Both the position numbers and the translations under genes were made by a program. This document shows, in pieces, positions 34,001 through 40,002 of a DNA stretch of 64,000 nucleotides. The DNA is from Candidatus Aquitaenariimonas noxiae. GTDB taxonomy: Bacteria > Omnitrophota > Gorgyraeia > Aquitaenariimonadales > Aquitaenariimonadaceae. The stretch covers positions 25,150 through 89,149 of the forward strand of contig PEWV01000025.1 in assembly GCA_002780005.1 (NCBI GenBank). Reading direction: 5' to 3'. The notes below the pieces were generated by a model. The model did no database searches. It saw nothing but the letters and a program-made list of their open reading frames with translations, and was not told the origin of the DNA. The stretch's first letter is position 1. The number at the start of each line of letters is the position of its first letter.

Positions 34001-34656
34001 ATTATCTGCCTGCATAGATTTCTATTTATTCTTACATCTATGACGCCCTCTTCCTGGCCCACTAATTCATTTGTATACGGATGAGTCGTCTGGCTTGGAT
34101 TGTAATACCGAAGGACATAGCCGTTCATGAAGCTTATGAGTATCTCGCCTTTGCTGGTTGTATATTGCAGCTCCGCGACCCAGCCTTGGCCGGCTTCGGC
34201 TAAAGCCGCCTTTACGCCATCCAGGGACAGGTTCTCTCTTGTCCGGCCATTCCCGTTCTCGACCAATTCGATCAGAAGTTTGGCCTTTACGCCGGCCAGG
34301 TAATTTTCATCGTCAAAAATTGATGGCGGGATCAATGTATGCTTATTTTGATCTAATATATCGGGATTAGCATATAATATATTTTGGAACGTAAATGATA
34401 TTATAAGCAGAAATGAAATAATCTTAATAATGGGCTTTTTGTGGAAATACGAAGGATGGAATAGAAAGAAGCTTTCGATAAACCCCGTTAGAGAACTTCG
34501 TTCTCTAACGGTTTGTGCTGACAGTGGCTTTAAACTGCCGTCAGCTTTAAGCGGTAATGACCGCCGATTAAAATCGGCGGTTTTCTCTAACGGGGTAAAC
34601 CGTTTGAAATGAGATGGTATATCTCTTTTTTGTTCTATATTAAACCCGCAGTTCAA
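24511..34656 (-). CDS. giant (up to 3381 aa) membrane multidomain protein with the conserved N-module, RsuA/RluB-type pseudouridine synthase, HEAT/PBS-lyase-like repeats, TM segments, HExxH motif, lytic-transglycosylase-like region, wHTH module and the conserved C-terminal module; true start codon uncertain
   Basis: Uninterrupted ORF with TAA at 24511-24513. The longest ORF starts at TTG 34654-34656, but the signal-peptide-like segment KIISFLLIISFTFQNILYA|NPD, homologous to the N-terminus of gene 2, begins only ~75 codons later, and no ATG, GTG or TTG lies near it. Motifs: VGRLDYDVPGVMILTDD and EKQYRVV..GKYRQVKGMMDAVGNPV (pseudouridine synthase), HEAT-like AAIALG / AALGLASL / AALALSRAG repeats, HELYH, and ETDSFNSSGPKATTLDSSGKYARGIAQLL (SLT-like). 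Confidence 0.8.
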   Translation of the reverse strand: MNCGFNIEQKRDIPSHFKRFTPLEKTADFNRRSLPLKADGSLKPLSAQTVRERSSLTGFIESFFLFHPSYFHKKPIIKIISFLLIISFTFQNILYANPDILDQNKHTLIPPSIFDDENYLAGVKAKLLIELVENGNGRTRENLSLDGVKAALAEAGQGWVAELQYTTSKGEILISFMNGYVLRYYNPSQTTHPYTNELVGQEEGVIDVRINRNLCRQIMKMKALPEPGLPPIPTRAELGLREPMAMAGRPNDRIVEPGGGVRSNEYWATHYYAIKEDQSWSSLIAGFEARDRADADAFGQLLQRILTGATLADRIEILRRYARGEQNYTIVAGQSGTAEFETIVRHIIANIEQYGAASTEELRQRAIDLSDRYIWYGAERAFLNACLVPQDAAKAYPAVVARAQPMEDGRPSEEAAEEMLGIARETPLTADISITKSGEINLAMDERFLRMSGVQENDIEPIMNGSMKEEELLAKYPEIGILDISLKRWFRTQQAELADRIPAEGFKITLSLRYDIDEAATHMPGRVIINWPLLRAPPELQDQRILFLMGLWSHDIGAHGIKGITDEGNAIKDTVEYLARPDNIELMQATHDIGLTQDAIMLAPHFRRVLFDELYRLAREGEVELLDQFGNVVRVPVKFRYYLLYKPADVLSTREDAEGLNRRTIYDILSEDHHIDTTGLYPVGRLDYDVPGVMILTDDPSMIGNLILPAGHIEKQYRVVASGEVTDDKKMALEEGVHVEVEIMEGSLIEYDTAPARIAIIERGHGTTTLDLFISEGKYRQVKGMMDAVGNPVIRMERIAIGPVTVSGMQQGDVKTLEGSDLMPLRQAQLESQDRLAQALSANMGEVLRQYLGLLHDFPQPVIQFAIDTIRNIAHAYPDESVRILSGMYKAEDPVVSAFIDDFLVSFAEEQPEAVMNNLSLALNDEDEIYIQTHIEPVMIRILKETQSHRVESTLLHRREVLTTDRSRLAAVRHIDEVLTGARGQRLGLFEDPNFAETREHLMRMAATDKSKPQRKLAGILSTNPSFGAKKGAAIALTHFGDDVVRVFNGVIRNNDNLAAKYCAAIALGTMSRGTDVLNGILSSRTEKPSDMDAKYAAALGLASLPGNSGIRNLQAVLGTNVDTDSKLAAALALSRAGERGLTVLRGALQNDPSLEVRTAAARGLLNAEGGAGIILEISRKGDSAARSFLSEFIEDNPEIDIIARRRGPEALTSPETQELSAETERAETYLTKYQEKHPEVTQLIDAARERHISPVDIRRLVESARQFMHHYAQPPFQLTFDSALVFEQLTGGLTVDLTVEELIRIVDNAKEGADRTLRIYKENPDPYLKCVLAHDIIARSDAKTIVERGTQEGEDSLPPATSVALIASIRWIVKLFTGKDIWQWASKVDLLRTAASTSKEGKEGLRGYSLYVAPVIENIIRLSIYYGSTFLLLSILHQPLFIAGSIAAVMTFTTFLLGHLRVYVRSPRIGDNLIEKRWIFEHTGSLFGFRKQEDFRLGLFFLVPGLLFSVVPMALMFSLGLAPSIIPVFVLTVALHHFYNKYVWEAGGVFATIPPDAGARSAGTAALIVETVANQVVAGVGRGRIAVRKDRAEMLADTIWHISMTADADPFMVLENVLAKLSQASVADEIADRDIFKRAMREVIINGVVSDLDMRLSRDRVEGELRYVGMLVSPLNQVLSGIKYRAAVRGNPVLLLKILGTVFSPDIDLTYAGIVDILYLAETGELEDQHISDLVASNNIYPVQVEHAYNWLGYLIRRFDCFTSRMEAATARLEEIALEQAEVLQGEVNADLTAALQCEARGAFGDAAASYSHVLTNIERLGISYRGALKPEALRGLIERDNRFAAGSVRSVVSRTFARISARLKLAVLPKTGRGANMFSFFERVEPYPPSINEMTTDKIAVLFAVPDRRGQIVVYQRQDTAPGEFIPDEYRINLQNAFNIPAMRQLLRDIFEKQRQTGTDNPCIAIRIGWGFPQLGHVSQRQNNLMILDYDLFIDTYYRLSAVAQEMNLNMTPWQLENLAKELTQIFVLLNVHHELYHMARECGESEATNATLDFILATHNSQQRELLIRVFDKFDKQDLRKILYERRVIAPGKWKLWAGLVFGGGSVAGIIWFLSLHLHPALVILIGYIGALFAFAGALNLMRFERNYPSEGPRSYARRMAVEGLLVGTAIVLLIKAGLMSREEYIKWRDRKEKKELLRQALANAEAGRKAREEKAQAISVKINRIKPLLIGMRSDDFRNRIYGTFVDPYIEAYIEQEDLDLLMDIVRFSRPEYMGWTSDKLRANLLDLAARKYSDKFDIAEPEDRKIRITLRSEERLYRTLRYVYLAHMDRDAVLNAVARKVFADPKFSNMTEAQRNELMARFLNKFKFLAGQEKDNIPFNRVLGLLFYETDSFNSSGPKATTLDSSGKYARGIAQLLDGDEEADHYRKIFDGLKAEGVLSGEYDPYDPIQSICVVTRKMKMVRDSEDLAPYMGGISAKGGARNVTRFSYAAYVGGGGTPAYNIRLMQSDDPNAEWWNFDVIRDVMLVRKTYKSRYTWGYGEAVVSDYDDVVTRFYDILEVLSEPSGATAATVTPTPLGQEKTPGRMPGATPTLPAAPKTTPDGYIAQGHIALERMNQDIAERKYRPLEDGLKEFVIEEINNSEISDVSLRSAIDRLSNPEYYEEGATPPISQEEAPGLFARIWGDLIAPDNNKLSLALLYDLPNATLREVVSQIENSQDFALGQNKLDDAENPAIYYSRDFLGTLPWPLKGEYILHEILCRHFGHQAARALQIVFFPANYPEGKPEGLLRDRIRVYIDGPRNFAERKEQDRYGIIFNPGDVNSALMVTNGWSDDALQGEDRDINGVVGRLNALPFIYTTWADAPTPRAYLELYSYSGEAPQERIDLYFRKLQSDKQTSSADIPSNNKLYVSFKADESNPNFTRFIDELNGLDGVEVVRTSEYDGSRFSSEWALLIEVPQDIIDAKDPLMCQENIEDKMSAIERIAEDFLRIEHIPFTPDGSPAVFLHSLLLTKDWPTPELTELATRFKNGEALTIAELQQLRLKNPSNISEGTYSYETVRVEISNLEQAGIVSIDRADKVHKVTLRPELARAPPREIVEAICNIRIEASSLQRSARLTDQPLRHYDEVSKLTDQERELLRAKVDHIIGKVKTVEQEAQVILPKEEDMIAGMPTLSMEPSQEEAVRLVASLRSLAKEAKDKGEELVVGIDTTIGNLKDYAPGLLETLVNLKDREGLENLRVITGEGTILSAQLNTYLSDAQRDSKTVRAVVIVKEDNRQKRMFKSLVDKAQVVSVDDSRVIDNFTGSLNYYIPIAKIIERALTKILSKPHEPIPYVEEVEEDGILKLILSVQEDAKPLEREELERRYMEESEFIGKA
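27127..27519 (-). other. possible family-1 lytic transglycosylase (SLT)-like region in giant gene 3 (aa ~2380-2510)
   Basis: FYETDSFNSSGPKATTLDSSGKYARGIAQLL resembles the E-S-x-F-x-P-x-A-x-S-x-x-G-A-x-G-L-M-Q signature, with AAYVGGGG further on (AYNAG-like). The match is imperfect. Confidence 0.3.
31102..31599 (-). other. HEAT / PBS-lyase-like alpha-helical repeats in giant gene 3 (aa ~1020-1185)
   Basis: Four or five ~30-aa units, each with an A-A-I-A-L-G / A-A-L-G-L-A-S / A-A-L-A-L-S-R-A-G / V-R-T-A-A-A-R-G-L core. Confidence 0.45.
32227..32754 (-). other. pseudouridine synthase (RsuA/RluB/RluE family) catalytic domain in giant gene 3 (aa ~635-810)
   Basis: YYLLYKPADVLST..LYPVGRLDYDVPGVMILTDD (motif II with catalytic Asp), HIEKQYRVV, and EGKYRQVKGMMDAVGNPVIRMERIAIG (motif III, K/R-x-H-Q-I-R-like). 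Verified at 32581-32610. Confidence 0.65.
34000..34342 (-). repeat. N-module DNA repeat, copy B (5' end of giant gene 3)
   Basis: See copy A. The two copies are offset by about 10.0 kb in direct orientation. Confidence 0.8.
34483..34595. repeat. nested palindromic element sharing the CCCCGTTAGAGAA arms, in the 5' region of giant gene 3
   Basis: CCCCGTTAGAGAA at 34483-34495 and TTCTCTAACGGGG at 34583-34595 form an outer inverted repeat. The local hairpin CCGTTAGAGAAC-ttc-GTTCTCTAACGG lies at 34485-34511, and a perfect 20-bp palindrome CCGCCGATTAAAATCGGCGG at 34561-34580. The left arm can pair either locally or long-range, which are mutually exclusive RNA structures. Confidence 0.6.
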
Positions 34657-34755
34657 AATTTTACCCCCCGCAGTTTTTAACTTTTTATTGTATTATCATA
34701 TAACTTGATATGTTATACTATAAATATAATCTTACTTTTTATATGATTTACCTAA

Positions 34756-34784
34756 AGTATAACATAAATGAGAGGGTTTGTAAA
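34756..34784 (-). promoter_or_regulatory. putative sigma70-type promoter for the giant-gene operon
   Basis: On the minus strand: TTTACA (34784-34779), a 17-nt spacer, then TATACT (34761-34756), inside the AT-rich 194-bp gap between the recJ stop and giant gene 3. This is sequence resemblance only. Confidence 0.3.
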
Positions 34785-34850
34785 GGCAAATAACAAGCTT
34801 TTTTAATGGTTAACTACACACTTATTGTGGTTATGCTTATTATGCAGGTT

Positions 34851-36560
34851 TTATGAGGAACTACTATTTCTGATATCTTGAAGGGTAAGTTGAATGGAAC
34901 TCATGCCTCTCCAATTATTCATCTCAGGCGAATAGACTATATCTACCCTGCCGGAGTTTATTTTGTGAAGGCAACTACCTGCCATCCTGAAGCCAACAGC
35001 CTCGCAGGTAAGTTTATTATCTGTGACCCAAATTTTGAAATGGTCTTTTCCCATGCGCGTAGGAGACCTCTTCAGACCAAGATTGCGCGAGCTTAAAATA
35101 GGCTTAGGATTCCATGGCCCAAACGGAGAAAGGCCTTCTATCTCGCAGATCAGCTTACTGGAAATGATGTTCAAAGGCACTTCCATATCAATTTCTATCC
35201 TTGGCTTAACAACTTCTGCGGAGAGCAATTTGCCGGCGACTTCGTTTAGTTTGCGTTTAAAAGGTCCTATTTCTTTCTTTTCTATTGTCAGGCCGCAAGC
35301 GCCTTCATGGCCGCCAAAATTAACCAAATATTCTTTGCACTCGCCTACTGCCTCAACTAAATTAAAATGGGCAATACTTCTGCCCGAGCCTCTGCCCATA
35401 CCTTTAGACACAGCTATTAAAACAGTTGGCTTATAGAACTTCTCGCTGATTCTGGATGCAACGATCCCTATGACGCCCTTGTGCCAATCGTCGCTTGATA
35501 AGACTATGACATCCTCGCCTACCAGGTCTATTTCGCTTTCTACCTTACTTAACGCTTCCTGCAACATCTTACTTTCCAAGTTTTGGCGGCGGCGGTTCTC
35601 CTTATCCAAAATCTGAGCAAGCTCTTTGGCTTCATTGGCATCTTTAGTAAGAAGAAGCTTTACCGACATCTCGGGAGAGCCTAACCTGCCTGACGCGTTG
35701 ATCCGCGGTCCAAGAATATAGCCGATATGCCCGCTTAAGATCTGCTTTCCGGATAACCCGGATACATCCATAAGCGCCTTCAGGCCTGCCTTATCTGTCT
35801 TGTTCAATTCGACCAAGCCATAACGGGTCAATATTCTATTTTCGCCTATTTGCGGCACGACATCGGCGACATTACCAAGCGCCACAAAATCAAGATATTC
35901 AGCCATTCGTATGGGCTTATCTTCAACTAAACATTCTGCCAACTTATACGCCAAGCCGACACCTGCTAAATGTTTAAAAGGATACGCGCAATCAGACTGC
36001 AGAGGGTTTATTATTGCCAATGCCTTCGGTAATTTGCCGACGATCTCATGGTGATCTGTAATTATAATATCTATGCCTAGCTTATTCGCATACTTAACTT
36101 CCTCATTAGCCCCGACACCACAATCCACAGTTATTATGAGAGAGACCTTTTTCTTTTTAGCTGCCATCACGGCCGGTTTATTTACGCCATACCCTTCTTC
36201 CAGCCTGTTGGGAATATGATACGAAACATCTAATCCCAATTTTGCGAATACAGAGACAAGCAATGCCACGCTGCATATGCCGTCTACGTCATAATCGCCG
36301 TATATCATTACTCTTTCTTTTTGTGCTATCGCTTGTTTTATGCGGAAAACCGCTTTATCCATATCCTTTAAGAGGCGCGGATTATGCAGGGAGGAAAGGC
36401 TGCACCCTAAAAACATGCGGGCGTCGGTCAGGCTGGTTACATTTCTATTTATAAGTATCTGGGCTGTTACAGGGGAGATCCCGAATTCTTTCGTGAAAAG
36501 ATCTCTAAGGTTTTTATCCTCTTCACTCTCTCTTCTTAATATCCATAGCTTCTCGTTCAT
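34851..36560 (-). CDS. recJ: single-stranded-DNA-specific exonuclease RecJ
   Basis: 569 aa with DHH and DHHA1 motifs (IYGDYDVDGICS, ITDHHE, GGHEGACG), typical RecJ length and order. Confidence 0.85.
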   Translation of the reverse strand: MNEKLWILRRESEEDKNLRDLFTKEFGISPVTAQILINRNVTSLTDARMFLGCSLSSLHNPRLLKDMDKAVFRIKQAIAQKERVMIYGDYDVDGICSVALLVSVFAKLGLDVSYHIPNRLEEGYGVNKPAVMAAKKKKVSLIITVDCGVGANEEVKYANKLGIDIIITDHHEIVGKLPKALAIINPLQSDCAYPFKHLAGVGLAYKLAECLVEDKPIRMAEYLDFVALGNVADVVPQIGENRILTRYGLVELNKTDKAGLKALMDVSGLSGKQILSGHIGYILGPRINASGRLGSPEMSVKLLLTKDANEAKELAQILDKENRRRQNLESKMLQEALSKVESEIDLVGEDVIVLSSDDWHKGVIGIVASRISEKFYKPTVLIAVSKGMGRGSGRSIAHFNLVEAVGECKEYLVNFGGHEGACGLTIEKKEIGPFKRKLNEVAGKLLSAEVVKPRIEIDMEVPLNIISSKLICEIEGLSPFGPWNPKPILSSRNLGLKRSPTRMGKDHFKIWVTDNKLTCEAVGFRMAGSCLHKINSGRVDIVYSPEMNNWRGMSSIQLTLQDIRNSSSS

Positions 36561-36597
36561 TTTCCTCTTGCGTCCCCGGGCGCATATTAATAAAACT

Positions 36598-36873
36598 TTA
36601 CGCGGAGGCCTTTTTCAAAGTCGCGATAGAGTTCTTCTCTATCTCTATTTTTACTGCGCCATCTATCTTCAAAGTAACGGTGTTATCTTTTACATTCATA
36701 ATTACGCCATGAATACCGCCGCCGGTTATGACTTCGTCGTTTTTCTTCAATAATTTTAGCATTTTCTCGTGTTCAACCTGTCTTTTTTGCTGTGGTCTTA
36801 TAAGCAAAAAATAAAATATAACGAATATTAACGCTATCGGCACTAGGTTTAACAAACTTGCGTTCTGCTGCAT
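36598..36873 (-). CDS. yajC: preprotein translocase subunit YajC
   Basis: 91 aa with one N-terminal TM segment, then LIRPQQKR..DEVITGGGIHG, the YajC signature. Confidence 0.8.
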   Translation of the reverse strand: MQQNASLLNLVPIALIFVIFYFLLIRPQQKRQVEHEKMLKLLKKNDEVITGGGIHGVIMNVKDNTVTLKIDGAVKIEIEKNSIATLKKASA

Positions 36874-36895
36874 TTCTTTCCTCCTTTTAGATGAT

Positions 36896-38050
<1,155 letters not shown>

Positions 38051-38053
38051 TTA

Positions 38054-38113
38054 GTGGTCAAGTGATTAGTGATCGAGGGCACTTGACCACTCGGCCACTT
38101 GGCCACCTTGCAC
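38054..38113. repeat. intergenic repeat array (queA-tgt gap): 12-bp inverted repeat AGTGGTCAAGTG / CACTTGACCACT followed by CGGCCACT-TGGCCACC units
   Basis: Read from sequence at 38054-38065 and 38080-38091 (16-nt loop). Related GGCCAC(T/C) units continue up to the queA stop. Confidence 0.6.
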
Positions 38114-39136
38114 TTACAATATCAACATCGCATCTCCATAACTGTAAAATCTATACTTTTCCTCTATCGCATGATTATAAGCTTCAAATAGAAAATCCCT
38201 GCCCGTAAACGCAGAAACTAATAATAAAAGCGTTGACTTAGGCAGGTGAAAATTAGTTATCAGACAGTCGACAACATTAAATTTATAGCCCGGATATATG
38301 AATAGATCCGTATATCCATTTATATCACGGTCTATATCGTCAGTGTCAAGACTGCCAAAACAGTGTTCCAGCGTTCTTACGGAAGTTGTACCTACGGCGA
38401 ATACCTTTCCGCCTTCTTCTTTTACCTCTTTGACGGATCTTATAGTTTCTTTCGGCATATTAAAATATTCATTATGCATCCTATGGTCTTCAACTTCCTC
38501 GCCCTTCACGGGCGCAAACGTCCCATAGCTTGTATGAAGTGTGACATAACTGATCTTGACACCTTTATTCCGTATTTTTTCGAGTAATTCGTCGGTAAAA
38601 TGAAGGCCTGCCGTCGGGCTTGCTGTCGCTCCGGAATTCTTTGCGTATATTGTTTGATAATCCTCTTTATCCGACTTTTCATCTTCTCTTTTAATATACG
38701 GTGGAAGCGGCGTGTGCCCATATGAATCCAGTATCTCATCTATTGAACGGCTGAATTTGACGAAAGTGCCGATTTCGCCCCGCTCCAAGATCTCGGCTTC
38801 ATCGCCGGACTCTAAAACCACCTTTTCGCCTTTTTTTAATCTATTTCCCGGCCTTAGCAGGGCTTCAGATATGGGATCCATTTTCTCTAATAGAAATATC
38901 TCTACCCGGCCGCCTGTCATCCTCTTTCCAAAAAGCCTTGCGGGCATAACCTTTGTATCGTTTAAGATAAGGGCGTCCCCTTTTTGCATGTATTCTGTTA
39001 TATCGCTAAAAACCTTATCATAGATTTTGCGCGCTTTCCTATCCAATACCATAAGCCTTGCATGCTCCCTGTTTTTGGCAGGGTGCTGCGCAACCAGTTC
39101 GCCTGGTAACTTATAATCAAAATCTTTCAATTTCAT
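38114..39136 (-). CDS. queA: S-adenosylmethionine:tRNA ribosyltransferase-isomerase
   Basis: 340 aa, N-terminus MKLKDFDYKLPGELVAQHPAKNREHARLMVLDR.. is characteristic of QueA. Confidence 0.9.
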   Translation of the reverse strand: MKLKDFDYKLPGELVAQHPAKNREHARLMVLDRKARKIYDKVFSDITEYMQKGDALILNDTKVMPARLFGKRMTGGRVEIFLLEKMDPISEALLRPGNRLKKGEKVVLESGDEAEILERGEIGTFVKFSRSIDEILDSYGHTPLPPYIKREDEKSDKEDYQTIYAKNSGATASPTAGLHFTDELLEKIRNKGVKISYVTLHTSYGTFAPVKGEEVEDHRMHNEYFNMPKETIRSVKEVKEEGGKVFAVGTTSVRTLEHCFGSLDTDDIDRDINGYTDLFIYPGYKFNVVDCLITNFHLPKSTLLLLVSAFTGRDFLFEAYNHAIEEKYRFYSYGDAMLIL

Positions 39137-39168
39137 ATCGGATTAATGATGTCCAAGAATAATCTTTG

Positions 39169-39399
39169 TCACTTGCGGTTTATTAAGAAGAGTATAAGCG
39201 TAAAAATAATGCTTACAATGATCGAGGTGGCAAGCGGAAAATAAAAAGTAAAATTCTTCTTCTGAACATATATATCACCCGGCAATTTGCCGACCCATGG
39301 GATTTTCACTCCCAATACAAATATTATGCCGATAACTACCAAAATCATCCCGAATAAAATAAATGTCCTTCCGAGCATGCCCATTCTTAGACCTTGCAC
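39169..39399 (-). CDS. DUF2905-family small membrane protein
   Basis: 76 aa with two TM segments and a GKLPGDI motif. Confidence 0.6.
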   Translation of the reverse strand: MQGLRMGMLGRTFILFGMILVVIGIIFVLGVKIPWVGKLPGDIYVQKKNFTFYFPLATSIIVSIIFTLILFLINRK

Positions 39400-39935
39400 C
39401 TCTCCTTATTCTCGTATCGCTCCTTCTCGGAATAAATGCATCCGCAGTATTTCTGGCTATAAAGTTCTTCTTTTTTTAAAGTATCTAAAGATTCATTGAA
39501 CCCTATTCTGAAATCTTCGTAATAAAAAGGCAATCCGACTTCCTTGGAGATATCCTCCCCGATCGTCTTTACGACGAAGTGTTCCTGGTAAGGGCTTATC
39601 AGAAGCGTCGTGGTGAACGAATCGTACCCGTTATCCTTTGCAAATACGGCGGCTTTATGAAGGCGTATGCGCCAACATATCGGGCATCTCTCACCCTTAT
39701 TCTCTTTGTAATTTATCTCGTGGAAGAATTCCTGGGGATGGTACTCGGCGAATATTATTTCTTTGTCATATTTTAACGCGTATCTTTCCAGCGCTTGCCT
39801 GCGGCTCTTGAATTCCGTATATGAATGTATATTCGGGTTGAAAAAGAACCCTGTAACCCTATCGAATTTCTTTTCCAAAGTCTTGATGGTGTATATCGCG
39901 CATCCCGCGCAGCAGGTATGAAGTAAGATCTTCAA
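39387..39935 (-). CDS. queH: epoxyqueuosine reductase QueH (DUF208)
   Basis: 182 aa with HTCCAGC, ..FFNPNIHS.., ..CPICWRIRL.., ..YCGCIYSE, the QueH cysteine pattern. It overlaps the DUF2905 gene by 13 nt. Confidence 0.75.
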   Translation of the reverse strand: MKILLHTCCAGCAIYTIKTLEKKFDRVTGFFFNPNIHSYTEFKSRRQALERYALKYDKEIIFAEYHPQEFFHEINYKENKGERCPICWRIRLHKAAVFAKDNGYDSFTTTLLISPYQEHFVVKTIGEDISKEVGLPFYYEDFRIGFNESLDTLKKEELYSQKYCGCIYSEKERYENKERCKV

Positions 39936-39963
39936 TGTCTTTTTCCTATGCTTCGGCTCATCT

Positions 39964-39998
39964 CACTTGACCACTAACCACTCGACCACTCGACCACT
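39964..39998. repeat. intergenic repeat array (ruvB-queH gap): CACTTGACCACT followed by AACCACT-CGACCACT-CGACCACT
   Basis: Read from sequence. It has the same 12-mer and orientation as the 38054-38113 array and lies immediately 3' of the ruvB stop codon. Confidence 0.6.
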
Positions 39999-40002
39999 TC
40001 TT

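Noticed and set aside
23993-34342. Possible assembly artefact (collapsed or chimeric repeat) suggested by the ~10-kb offset between near-identical segments
   Set aside because: The two copies differ at ~12% of positions, their flanks are unrelated in sequence, and the reading frames stay open across both junctions. This is real paralogy rather than a mis-joined repeat. Long-read confirmation would still be prudent.
508-34656. Giant ORFs as NRPS, PKS, RTX/MARTX, RHS/YD-repeat or adhesin genes
   Set aside because: I found no condensation (HHxxxDG), adenylation or PP-binding (GGxS) motifs, no KS/AT signatures, no GGxGxD nonapeptide repeats, no YD repeats or PAAR, and no Ig/cadherin-type tandem arrays. 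The domain content is a set of single-copy enzyme domains instead.
38054-38113. CRISPR-like array suggested by the short direct repeats in the queA-tgt and ruvB-queH gaps
   Set aside because: The units are only 7-8 bp, contiguous with no spacers, and each array is under 60 bp, so they are simple tandem or inverted repeats rather than CRISPR.
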